Positions 49,764 to 59,074 of a stretch of 64,000 nt of DNA are shown piece by piece; position 1 is the stretch's first letter; every line of letters starts with the position of its first letter. The stretch lies in contig JAGZUC010000003.1 of assembly GCA_018380195.1 (NCBI GenBank), positions 55,769-119,768 of the forward strand, in the 5' to 3' direction. Under the pieces are notes generated by a model. That model did no database searches. It was not told where the DNA came from and saw only the letters and a list, made by a program, of their open reading frames with translations. Position numbers and translations under genes: made by a program. Origin of the DNA: Collinsella sp. Its GTDB lineage: Bacteria > Actinomycetota > Coriobacteriia > Coriobacteriales > Coriobacteriaceae.

Positions 49764-50390
49764 CTACGGGCGCACGACGCGCACGGCCTGCTCCATCTTC
49801 TCCACGATCACGTACATGTTGGTGACCTCGCCCACCGCAAGCTGGTCTTTAATGCCATAGTGGTCGAGGCAGGTACCGCAGGTAAGAATCTCGACACCCT
49901 GCTCGGCCAGGCCCTTCAGGTCATCGAGCACCGGCGAGCCCTCGACGGTGAGCTTGGCGCCGCCGTTGTAGAACAGCATAGTCGCGGGCAGCTCCTCCTG
50001 CTGCGTCACGGCAAAGATAAACGCCTTCATGAGCTTGTGGCCCAACTCGTCGTCGCCACGGCCCATGCAATCGGTGTAGACGGAAATGACGAGTTTGCCC
50101 TTGCCGGCGCTGGCGTCGCAAAAAGCAACACCGTCCTGCTCGGGGTCCGCAACGGCCACGGCACCGGCGGTCACGACAGTCACGTGCCACTCGGCGTCCG
50201 AGACCTTCTCGACCGAGGCCGTGCAGCCCTTCTCCTGCGCCATCTTGGAGATGTTCTTGACGGCGGTCTCGTTATCGACCGCAGTCACGACGGCGCCCTC
50301 GCCATTAAGCTGTTTGAGTGCCTTAAGCGTCTTGACGACGGGCAGCGGGCAGGCATCGCCCATGGCATTGACTTCAATTTTGGTAGACAT
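49764..50390 (-). CDS. yedF: YedF-like selenium metabolism protein (TusA-like N-terminus, DsrE-like C-terminus)
   Basis: N-terminal CPxP motif (AMGDACPLPVV) and a DsrE/DsrF-like C-terminus. GAAAGGA ribosome-binding site. Confidence 0.75.
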   Translation of the reverse strand: MSTKIEVNAMGDACPLPVVKTLKALKQLNGEGAVVTAVDNETAVKNISKMAQEKGCTASVEKVSDAEWHVTVVTAGAVAVADPEQDGVAFCDASAGKGKLVISVYTDCMGRGDDELGHKLMKAFIFAVTQQEELPATMLFYNGGAKLTVEGSPVLDDLKGLAEQGVEILTCGTCLDHYGIKDQLAVGEVTNMYVIVEKMEQAVRVVRP

Positions 50391-50447
50391 AGTTTTTCCT
50401 TTCGAATAAATCGGTTTAGAACGGTACAGAGCTCAATAAACGTGTCG

Positions 50448-51497
50448 TTAACGGACAACGCGAACGGCAGGACCACCTGGCACCGGCACGCACACGCGAC
50501 CGACGACGGCGGCGATACGTCCTTCAGCATGTAGACGGCACGCAAGCTCATCAACATCGGCAGCAGGTGCCGCGATGAGTAGGCCACCAGACGTCTGCGG
50601 ATCGTACAGCGCATCCAGCATGCCCGGCTCCAGATCCTCGTCGGCAGCCACACGCGGGCCAAAGAAGTCCTGGTTGCGGTAGGAGCCCGCGGGGATAATG
50701 CCCAGACGCGCCATGTCGAGCACCTGATCAAAGAGCGGCACCGATCCCGACGCAAGCTCAACTTGCACGCCCGAGCCCTCGGCCATCTCGCACGCGTGCC
50801 CGATCAGGCCAAAGCCCGTAATGTCGGTGCAGCCGTGAAGTTCGAGCCCCTCGGCCAGACGAATCGGCGCCTCGTTGAGGGTGCGCATCGAGTCAAACAT
50901 GGCTGCGGCCTCGTCCTGCTCGATAAGCTCGCCCTTAATGGCCGTGGTGATGATGCCCGAGCCGATCGCCTTGGTCAGCAGCAGAACATCGCCCACGCGT
51001 GCGCCGCTGTTAGCGAGCATGCGGTCGAGCGCGACAAAGCCGCTCACGGACAGGCCGTACTTGGGCTCGTCGTCGTTGATGGTATGGCCGCCCGCGATGG
51101 AGCAACCCGCCTCGACGCACTTGTCGGCGCCGCCCGCCAGAATCTGACCGGCAACCTCGATGCCCAGACAACTGGGTATGCAGAGTAGGTTCATGGCATG
51201 GCTCGGCCGCCCGCCCATGGCGTAGATGTCCGACAGCGAGTTGGCCGCGGCAATCTGGCCAAACAGAAACGGGTCGTCGACCATCGGCGGGAAGAAGTCG
51301 ATGGACTGCACAAGCCCCAGGTTCTCCCCTACGCGGAAGACGCTCGCATCGTCAGAAGTATCGAACCCCACGAGCAAGTTGTCGTTATGCACATTTGGCA
51401 AGTCGCCCAGGACCTGGGCGAGGGCTCCAGGAGCCAACTTAGCGGCTCAACCGCTCGCGGCCGTCATAGACGTGAGCTTAATCTGATGGTCAGCCAT
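50448..51497 (-). CDS. selD: selenide, water dikinase, selenocysteine-containing (in-frame TGA at 51447-51449)
   Basis: The track ORF starts at MAPGALAQVL and lacks the conserved SelD N-terminus. Reading upstream in frame through a TGA gives MADHQIKLTSMTAASG-U-AAKLAPGALAQVL, which matches the E. coli [21 protein letters not shown] region with Sec at the Cys/Sec position. GAGAGGAGG ribosome-binding site 6 nt before the ATG at 51497. A GGCUCCUGGAGCC hairpin lies 11 nt after the UGA. Confidence 0.85.
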
Positions 51498-51567
51498 CGA
51501 TACCTCCTCTCATCGGGCAATCATTTTCTCCGAGTATACGCATGAATGCGAGCCTACGGCGGATGCA

Positions 51568-52332
51568 TTAATTGAGCGCCTGCGCGCGAATCGCCGCACC
51601 GATGGCACCGGCAAAGCGAGCCTGGGGCGAGGTGGTCACCGGCGACCCCAGTAGCTCGCCCAACCGCTCCACCACGAAGGCATTCTCGCACAGGCCACCG
51701 GTCAGGTAGTATGGAGCGCCCGCGGCCTGCCCGGCCATGGTCGCCACGCGCGAGACCACGCTGTCGATCACGCCACGCGCAATGTTCTCGCGCGGCTCGC
51801 CGCGACCGATCAGGCTGATGACCTCGCTTTCGGCAAACACCGTGCACATGCTGGAAATCTTGGTAGGCTCGCCGGTGCGGGCGAGGTCTGCCATCTGCTG
51901 CTGGGTAATGCCCAGGCGGTCGGCCATGATCTCCAAAAAGCGCCCCGTGCCGGCGGCGCACTTGTCGTTCATGGCAAATTTGGCCACGCGGCCGCCTTTA
52001 AGCTGGATGACCTTGGTGTCCTGACCACCCACATCGATCACGGTGCCATGGTCACCAAACAGACGCACGGCACCGGTGCCGTGGCAGGTGATCTCGGTCA
52101 CGACCTTGTGCGCATAGGGCACGGCAACACGGCCGTAGCCAGTCGCGATCACGCGCACGTCGTCGGCAGCCACGTCATAGCCAGCCGCGGCAAGCTCGCC
52201 GCGCAGACGCTCGGCCGCATCGACCGACGAATATCCCGTCGGCATGACGCAGGTCCACGCAATGGCGCCATCCGTCTCCACGACCGCAGCCTTCGCGGCC
52301 GTCGAGCCTATGTCGATACCAATGCCAACCAC
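51568..52332 (-). CDS. CoA-substrate-specific enzyme activase (HgdC/YjiL-like ATPase)
   Basis: BadF/BadG/BcrA/BcrD ATPase pattern (IGIDIGSTAAKA...DVGGQDTK). GTG start 5 nt after AAGGAGG. Confidence 0.8.
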   Translation of the reverse strand: MVGIGIDIGSTAAKAAVVETDGAIAWTCVMPTGYSSVDAAERLRGELAAAGYDVAADDVRVIATGYGRVAVPYAHKVVTEITCHGTGAVRLFGDHGTVIDVGGQDTKVIQLKGGRVAKFAMNDKCAAGTGRFLEIMADRLGITQQQMADLARTGEPTKISSMCTVFAESEVISLIGRGEPRENIARGVIDSVVSRVATMAGQAAGAPYYLTGGLCENAFVVERLGELLGSPVTTSPQARFAGAIGAAIRAQALN

Positions 52333-52382
52333 GGCATCCTCCTTCTATGCGGCAAAGCGGCTGTCCCCTTGCCGCGTTCGTC

Positions 52383-53546
52383 CTACAGGGTCTCGATAAA
52401 AGCGGCGATGCGGGTCTCGATCTGGCCCATGTCGCCATTGCTGTAGTCAGTCTCGATCTTCATATACGGAATACCCGCACCCTCGACGGCCTCCTGCATG
52501 CGCGCGCTCTCAACGTTGAAGGTGTGGCAGGCCTGTAGCACGCTCTCTACCACGCCATCGACATGATACTTCTCGCACATGGCCAAGGTGTTGTCCATGC
52601 GGCCGTCGTTGGGCGTCATGACCGAGCAATTAATGTCCAAGTAGCGATCGGCAATGGCGCGTAGGATATCGGGAGCGTCGGGGTCGATCATCATGGCGGC
52701 CGTACGCTCGCCCGAGCAATCGTCCATGCACACGACCACGCCGCCGTTGGACTCGATGGTGCGACCTATCTTGTTGATCACACCGCCCACCGGGCAACCG
52801 GTGATCAGAATGCGCTTGGCATCCGCCGCAACCGGGCGCTCGCCCGCGTCGTAGGCCTCGCGCAGCTTGGCAACCTTTTGCTCCAGCTGCTGCGTATAGG
52901 CGTCGATATCAAAGCTGAACGTACCGGCAAACATGGTGCTCATCAGATCGACGCCGCTCATGGCCGCCGGCTGGTTGGCCTGCAGCGCGAACATCTCGAG
53001 CTGGGCAGCACGCAAGCGATTGCGACGACGGACGGCGGCGCGCAGGTCATCGTCGGCAATCGTGATGCCGTAGAAGCCCTCGAGCTCCTCCTTGAGCAGG
53101 CGGCACTCCTCGTACCAGCCTTCACGCTCGTAGGCGCGATCGCGACCCTGCGGAAGATGCAGAATGTGCGTGCGCTTGAGCTCGTTGAGCAGCTCGTACA
53201 TCTTCTTCTTGCCGTCGCAGGTGGTCTCACCGATGATCATGTCGCTAAAGTACGTAAACGGACACTTTTACGAGCAGGCAAAGCCGTACGTCGACTTGAT
53301 GAGCGGACACAGATTTGCCGGCAGCACCTTCTCGGCCTCGGGAATCACCTCATCGGACGTGCCGCACAGCGCCACGCTCGCAGCCCCCGCGGCATCGATA
53401 ATCTCGAGCGGCGTGTAGCTGCACAGAAAACCGACCAGGCGATTACCCGCCTGCTTATAACCCTTGACGCGAATAAACGCCGCCTTGCGCTGCTCGTTGA
53501 ACTCCTCAAACGTGGACGGCAACGGCTGCTCAATATTTTCCGACAT
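52383..53546 (-). pseudogene. HgdB/YjiM-like dehydratase-family paralog interrupted by an in-frame TAA at 53268-53270
   Basis: The track ORFs 53268-53630 and 52383-53240 are in the same frame and read ...[35 protein letters not shown]. The intact paralog at 53700-54983 has ...CPLIKSFAGFKLGEVCPYIESSDLVVGENTCDGKKK with Glu at the stop position. N-terminal start at MSENIEQ with AAGGAG upstream. Confidence 0.6.
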
Positions 53547-53699
53547 ATAACTCCTTAACAAACCTTTTAACCAACCAAGGAAACGGCTTTCCCAGGTGCC
53601 CGAGGTTGCCGTGAAAGATGAGCGCCGCATACTTTGGTAGCAAGCGACGGTTTGAACGGCAAGATCGGGTGCCTGGGGAAACCGCCGAGACGGATAGCC

Positions 53700-54983
53700 C
53701 TAAATGGTTTCCAAGAAAGCCTCAATCCTGGTTTGCAGCTGGCCTGCGTCCTCGCCGGCGTAGTCGGTGGTGATATGCATAAACGGAATGCCCGCCTCCT
53801 CGGCGGCCTTCTCCACGGCAAACGACTCCATCTCGTAGAGCGTGCAGAACTGCAGGGCCACGTCGACGATGCCGTCGGCATGCAGGTCCTTGGCCATCTG
53901 GACAATGTCCTTCATACGCTGGTCGTTGGGCGTAAAGACGGCGCAGTTGATCTTAAAGTAGCGCTCGGCGATGGCATCAAGCATCTCGTCGACCGTCTCA
54001 CCGGACTCGTCGACCAGATCCTTGTAGTAGCGCGAACCCGTGCAGGACTCCTCGCCCACCACGACGCCGCCGGCCTTCTCGATGAGGTTGAACAGCTTCC
54101 AGTTGGGCACAGCCATGGGCGTACCGGTGTACAGGATGCGCTTGGTCCCCTTGGGTGCCACGCCCTCGCCGGCCTCGACACGTTGCTCGCACTCAGCCGC
54201 CATATCATTAATGGCGCCGGTCAGACGCGGCGTGTCGTCCATAAAGGCGGCCTGAACGGTCAGCAGGCTGTCCAGACCGCTGATGGGCGCTGGGTCGGCA
54301 GTGCGCGTGGCAGCGAGGCGCTGCAGGGCGCGACGCTTCTCATTGACGGCGTGGATGGCGGCCTTCAGACGCTCAGGCGTAATCGTGACGCCGCACTCTT
54401 CCTCGATCTTGGCGGCGAGCTTCTTGACCTCGGCCTTCCAGGTCACGAGCGTCGACTCGTCGTGCACGTTGGGAATATCCATGACGTACATGCTCTTTTG
54501 CGTGGCAAAGAACTCGTAGGCCTTCTTCTTACCGTCGCAGGTGTTCTCGCCTACCACCAAGTCACTCGACTCAATGTAGGGGCAGACCTCGCCCAGCTTA
54601 AAGCCGGCAAAGCTCTTGATGAGCGGACAGGTGTTGCGCGGCAGGTGCTCCTCGACCTTGTCCGTTGCCCAGTCGGCACCCGAGCACAGGCCCACGGGGA
54701 TGCCGTCACAGGCGAGCACAATCTCCTCGGGCACGTAGACGCAGAAGCTGCCAACAATCTTGGTGGCCTCGCCGGCCTCCTTCTTGTCGAGCATCTCCTT
54801 AATGCGGCCGCTGTGGATGTTGGTGGCGACAAAATCCAGGTAGGACGTGGACTTAGGGCGATTATTCTGCGTCAGGAACATATCGCCGTACATCTGGCCC
54901 ACGGCACCCAGCAGCATGTCGTGGTCGGCAAGATTCATGCCGAGGCTCTCCCACATCGGATGGAAATCAAATTCTTCAGCCAT
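53700..54983 (-). CDS. 2-hydroxyacyl-CoA dehydratase / YjiM-like family protein (HgdB/BcrC/BadD type)
   Basis: Conserved Cys pattern (CSGADW...NTCPLIK...CPYIE...ENTCDGKKK...ESCTGSRYY). GAGAGGGG ribosome-binding site. Confidence 0.75.
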   Translation of the reverse strand: MAEEFDFHPMWESLGMNLADHDMLLGAVGQMYGDMFLTQNNRPKSTSYLDFVATNIHSGRIKEMLDKKEAGEATKIVGSFCVYVPEEIVLACDGIPVGLCSGADWATDKVEEHLPRNTCPLIKSFAGFKLGEVCPYIESSDLVVGENTCDGKKKAYEFFATQKSMYVMDIPNVHDESTLVTWKAEVKKLAAKIEEECGVTITPERLKAAIHAVNEKRRALQRLAATRTADPAPISGLDSLLTVQAAFMDDTPRLTGAINDMAAECEQRVEAGEGVAPKGTKRILYTGTPMAVPNWKLFNLIEKAGGVVVGEESCTGSRYYKDLVDESGETVDEMLDAIAERYFKINCAVFTPNDQRMKDIVQMAKDLHADGIVDVALQFCTLYEMESFAVEKAAEEAGIPFMHITTDYAGEDAGQLQTRIEAFLETI

Positions 54984-55374
54984 GACGGTTCCCCTCTCGA
55001 ACCAAAAACGGATAACAGCGGTATCGATGCACGACGGACGGCGATTGCCCGGCCGTGCTCAAACCCGGAATTTTAGGGAACCTGCTTTGCGGTCGATTAT
55101 TTAGTTGTGCGTCGTCTCTCCCGGAGCCGTGAACATACCTGCTCATATGCGACTCCGAGCCATATACAGGGCGCGCGCGGCAACGCGGCGAATGTATGTC
55201 GTCTGCGGCATGTGCGCACCCTCCTTTACAAGTTGAGGTCAACTATATCAACGGTCATCGACTATGCGAACACCGTTGACATTCGTACGACAGCATCGTG
55301 TGCCGTGGTTTAATAAATAATTATCTTGATTGATAAGAGCTTGTCATTCCTCATTCGGCGAACGGCAAAAACAA

Positions 55375-55398
55375 AGCCGCCGAGGCTTATATCCCCGA
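55375..55398 (-). terminator. short hairpin AAGCC-GCCGA-GGCTT followed by TGTTTTTG, downstream of modC
   Basis: Seen directly. The stem is only 5 bp. Confidence 0.35.
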
Positions 55399-55413
55399 CG
55401 GCATTACCCGGCG

Positions 55414-56484
55414 CTATCGCCAAACCAAATGGATCCTGCTGGCATCAAAATGCATGCGCAGCGTCTCGCCTGCTTGCGGTAGCTCGTCGGCAGGCACGCC
55501 CACTTTGTTGACCTTCCACTGCAGACGCGTGGGCGCATCGCCGCGTGGCACGTCCAGCAGCACCAGACGCTCAAAGCGCGAATCGCTCACTCGGGCCACG
55601 TGCAAATCGTAGCTGTTGCGACCCCGCTCCGCGCGATTGTCAACATGGAAGTAGCTTGCGCGAATGCCCAGATACGCCACATTATCGGGAACCTCGCGAC
55701 CCACGTTAAAGGTCATGCCCCAGTCGAGCGCCTCGACTTCCTGAGGCCCAATCTTTCGTGCGCGGCTTGTGTTCTTGCACCCCGTCAGGCGCAGTGCCGC
55801 CAGCGTCTGCGGACGGCGGACCACGTCCTCGACGGAGCCGATCTCCTCCACATGCCCGTTATGCACAACGCAGATGCGCTCGCACAGGCGGCACGCCTCG
55901 TCGATATCGTGACTCACGTAGAGCACGGTGCGGTTGCATACGTCGAACAGGTCAAGCATGTTCTGTTCGAGGGCGCTCTTAAGATAGGAATCGAGTGCGC
56001 TCATGGGCTCGTCGAACATAAAAATGCCCGGATGCGCCGCCACCATGCGCGCAAGCGCCACACGTTGCTGCTGGCCGCCCGAGAGGCGCGCGGGATAGCG
56101 GTCGGCAAAATCGGCCAGACCGAAAATACCCAGATAGCGCTCGGCCAACCTTTTGCGCGCCGCGGCGTCGCCCGCGTCCTTTACACCAGCGCATACGTTA
56201 TCGGCCACCGTCATGTTGGGAAACAGCTGATAGTTTTGGAACAACAGGGCGCATTTTCGCTCCTGGGGCGACAGGTTGATGCCCGCCGTCGAGTCAAAAA
56301 AGGTCACGCCGTTGACGACGATCTTGCCCTCGTCGGGCGTCTCCACGCCGGCAATGCAGCGCAAGGTGCAGCTCTTGCCGCATCCGGAGGCGCCAAGCAG
56401 CGCCACACGCTCCTCGCCGGCCTCAAGCTGCATGTCGAGGGTAAAGCCGGGATAGTGCTTTTTTATATCCAGAACGAGCGACAT
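55414..56484 (-). CDS. modC: molybdate ABC transporter ATP-binding protein with C-terminal TOBE domain
   Basis: Walker A GASGCGKS, signature LSGGQQQR, Walker B MFDEP. A ~120 aa C-terminal extension. Adjacent to modB and modA. Confidence 0.85.
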   Translation of the reverse strand: MSLVLDIKKHYPGFTLDMQLEAGEERVALLGASGCGKSCTLRCIAGVETPDEGKIVVNGVTFFDSTAGINLSPQERKCALLFQNYQLFPNMTVADNVCAGVKDAGDAAARKRLAERYLGIFGLADFADRYPARLSGGQQQRVALARMVAAHPGIFMFDEPMSALDSYLKSALEQNMLDLFDVCNRTVLYVSHDIDEACRLCERICVVHNGHVEEIGSVEDVVRRPQTLAALRLTGCKNTSRARKIGPQEVEALDWGMTFNVGREVPDNVAYLGIRASYFHVDNRAERGRNSYDLHVARVSDSRFERLVLLDVPRGDAPTRLQWKVNKVGVPADELPQAGETLRMHFDASRIHLVWR

Positions 56485-56487
56485 GGC

Positions 56488-57930
56488 CTATCGACCTCCC
56501 TGTAATGCGGCATCATCGCGCATGAGCTCGGCCAGTGCCTCGCGATCGATACGCAAGGCATCACCGCCCGCCGGGTCGAGCGAATCGCCCTGTCCGGCGA
56601 GATCTTTGGCCTGCTTACGTTCCGCACGGGAAAGGCCACGCTCGCGGTATTTTTGCGAATGCGCCGTGTACATGTTGATGAATAGGATGACCAGGAAGCT
56701 GAACGCAATTACGACCACGACCCAAAAGAGGGCCACCGACGTGTTGCCGCCCATCCACTCAAAGTAGATGGCGATGGGGATGGTCTGCGTAATGCCGGCG
56801 TAGTTACCCGCAAAGAACAGGGTGCAGCCAAACTCGCCCATCGCGCGAGCGAAGGCGAGCACCGTGCCGGCGGCGATGGAGGGCCAGCCGAGCGGCATCA
56901 TAAGCTTGGTGAAGATGCGACGCTCGGACCAGCCCAGCGTGCGCGCCGCATCGAGCATCTGCGTGTCGAGGCTCTCGAAGGCTCCGAGCGCCGTGCGGTA
57001 GACCAGCGGAAACGACACTACCACGGCAGAGATCACCGCCGCCGGCCACGTAAAGACGATCGAGACGCCGTGCGCGATAAGCCACCGACCGACCCCGGTC
57101 GAGCGGCCAAACAGCATGAGGAGCAAAAAGCCGCAGACCGTGGGCGGCAGCACCATAGGAATCGTAAAGACCGAATCGAGCAGGCCCTTGATGCGACTCG
57201 AGGTACCCATAGTCTTCCACGCAGCGAACAGGCCCAGTGCAAAGGCAATCACTAGGGCGAGGCCGCTCGTTTTGATAGACACCCAAAACGGGCGATAGTC
57301 GATGTCGCCCAAAAAGGAAGTCAGAGAGGTCAAGGGCCCCTGCTCATCCCGCAACACGACAGACGATGCCTCTACCATTTGAGCGCTATCAAGCCAACGC
57401 GCGCCGCCCTTGGCATCACCCGAGGCCGATGCAATCACCACATAGCGGTCCCCATCCGCACCGCGCTCGTCAAAGCCATAGGTATACCCGCCGGCGTCAA
57501 ACGTTGTTTCCGCCGTGACATACCAAGGAAGATCCACGTCCCCTAGCTGCACACCTCCCATGCAGTTTACGCTGTCGAGCTCACAGACGAGGGCCTTGAG
57601 ACCCGATACGCACTCGTTGTCCTGCGGATCCAATCCATACTTCTCGACCGCCTTGGGCGATATCCACACCACAACGCGATCGGCAGCAGGCGCCACTACA
57701 AGGTCCACGTCCTCGTCAACGGGAAACCGGTAGCCCTCAGGCTGGCCCTCCATGGAACGAGCGGTCCCCTTGGCCAACCGCTCAAAACCCTCGATCCCAT
57801 AGGAAAGCCCATGGGCGGTCGCAGCAACCTGAGCTCCATCCTCAGCGTCTCCAGCAAACGCAAATCCCGGCACCCAGCAAAGCGTGAAGGTTAAAGCACA
57901 GGCGACAAGGATGCGGAATCTATTAAGCAC
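56488..57930 (-). CDS. modB: molybdate ABC transporter permease with ~250 aa signal-peptide-bearing N-terminal extension
   Basis: The C-terminal ~230 aa are ModB-like (VLPPTVCGFLLLMLFGR...FTWPAAV...EFGCTLFFAGN). The N-terminus has GTG start, a TGGAGC ribosome-binding site and a predicted signal peptide MLNRFRILVACALTFTLCWVPGFAFA, followed by a domain with no recognised motifs. Confidence 0.7.
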   Translation of the reverse strand: MLNRFRILVACALTFTLCWVPGFAFAGDAEDGAQVAATAHGLSYGIEGFERLAKGTARSMEGQPEGYRFPVDEDVDLVVAPAADRVVVWISPKAVEKYGLDPQDNECVSGLKALVCELDSVNCMGGVQLGDVDLPWYVTAETTFDAGGYTYGFDERGADGDRYVVIASASGDAKGGARWLDSAQMVEASSVVLRDEQGPLTSLTSFLGDIDYRPFWVSIKTSGLALVIAFALGLFAAWKTMGTSSRIKGLLDSVFTIPMVLPPTVCGFLLLMLFGRSTGVGRWLIAHGVSIVFTWPAAVISAVVVSFPLVYRTALGAFESLDTQMLDAARTLGWSERRIFTKLMMPLGWPSIAAGTVLAFARAMGEFGCTLFFAGNYAGITQTIPIAIYFEWMGGNTSVALFWVVVVIAFSFLVILFINMYTAHSQKYRERGLSRAERKQAKDLAGQGDSLDPAGGDALRIDREALAELMRDDAALQGGR

Positions 57931-57998
57931 GAAAAGCTCCAAGCGAATACAAGGACGGAGTGAAACACAAAACGATGGAATTATCGCGCCAAGCCGCA

Positions 57999-58871
57999 CT
58001 ACGCGGAAAGCTCAAAGCCGTACTTAGCCCAAATCTTCTGAGCCTTCTTGTTGGTCAGGCAAAAGTCGATAAACGCCTTGGCCTCGTCGGCGTGCTCGGA
58101 GCTCTCGGCAACGGCACCCGGGTACACGATGGGCTTGTGCGAGTCCTCGGGACACACAAAGGCCTCCTCGATACCGTCGTAGCGGAAGATATCGGAGCTG
58201 TAGACGAAACCGGCCACGCAGTCGCCTGTAGAGACGTAGGACGCAGCAGTGCCGACCTTGTCGGCCAGGGCCACCTTGTCGGCGATCTCGGGGGCGTACT
58301 CGCCGTCGTCGCCCTCGGTGCCGGTGTAGAGGCCCACGGAGGCCAGGGCCTGGTTGGCGTACTTGCCGGCGGGAACGGTCTTGGCGTCGCCAATGGCGAT
58401 CTTGCCGTCCAGATTCGCGACGTCGTCGATGACCTCGACCTTGGTGTCGGAGCCCTCGGCGCGAATGATCACGAGGTCGTTGACGAACATATCCTCACGT
58501 GTGTCGGCATCGACGAGTCCGGCGGCCTCGGCGTCGTCCATGGTGCCCTTGGAGGCCGTGATGAGTACGTCAACCGTGGCACCGGCACGCATCTGCTCGA
58601 CAAGGTCACCGGAGGCCTTAAACTGCGTGTCGGTAAACGTGGTACCGGTCTGGTCGGTGTAGAGCTCCTGAACCTCGGGCAGAGCCTTCTCGAGCGAGTT
58701 GGCAGCAAAGACTTGCAGCTCAACAGCCTTCTTGGACGAAATCTTGGCGGAGCCGGCATCGGAGCCGGTCGACTCAGGCTCCTTGTTGCCCGAGCAGCCA
58801 GCAAGGCCAAGGCCGGCAGCGGCGACAGCAGAAAGCGAAACGAATCCGCGGCGAGAAACCATATCGAACAT
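57999..58871 (-). CDS. modA: molybdate ABC transporter substrate-binding lipoprotein
   Basis: Signal peptide with lipobox LAGC. ModA-like periplasmic binding fold pattern. AAAGGG ribosome-binding site before ATG of MFDMVSRRG. Confidence 0.8.
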   Translation of the reverse strand: MFDMVSRRGFVSLSAVAAAGLGLAGCSGNKEPESTGSDAGSAKISSKKAVELQVFAANSLEKALPEVQELYTDQTGTTFTDTQFKASGDLVEQMRAGATVDVLITASKGTMDDAEAAGLVDADTREDMFVNDLVIIRAEGSDTKVEVIDDVANLDGKIAIGDAKTVPAGKYANQALASVGLYTGTEGDDGEYAPEIADKVALADKVGTAASYVSTGDCVAGFVYSSDIFRYDGIEEAFVCPEDSHKPIVYPGAVAESSEHADEAKAFIDFCLTNKKAQKIWAKYGFELSA

Positions 58872-58945
58872 GTTCAACCCTTTCGAACGCTATGCCCGGG
58901 CACCCCGCCTCGGGCTTTAATCTGCAATCAGATTATACTTCTGCG

Positions 58946-58970
58946 CGAATAATGATAGTGAGATATTATT
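58946..58970. promoter_or_regulatory. inverted repeat GAATAAT-N11-ATTATTC upstream of modA (ModE-operator-like)
   Basis: Seen directly ~75 bp upstream of the modA start in an AT-rich segment. Confidence 0.35.
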
Positions 58971-59074
58971 CTCGTCAGAGAATATAGTTTCAAGTTACCG
59001 TGCACCTCGGCGTCGATTCGGCGGAAAACAAAGGCGGAGCAGCCGTTCAGGTCGCCCCGCCGCAGGTAAACCGC

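Noticed and set aside
53268-53270. In-frame stop in the HgdB-like gene as a third selenocysteine codon.
   Set aside because: The codon is TAA, not TGA. Bacterial Sec recoding uses UGA.
56488-57999. Track ORF start at 57999 (MRLGAIIPSF...) for the extended ModB.
   Set aside because: It would overlap the modA stop with no ribosome-binding site. The GTG at 57930 has a TGGAGC ribosome-binding site and begins a canonical signal peptide.
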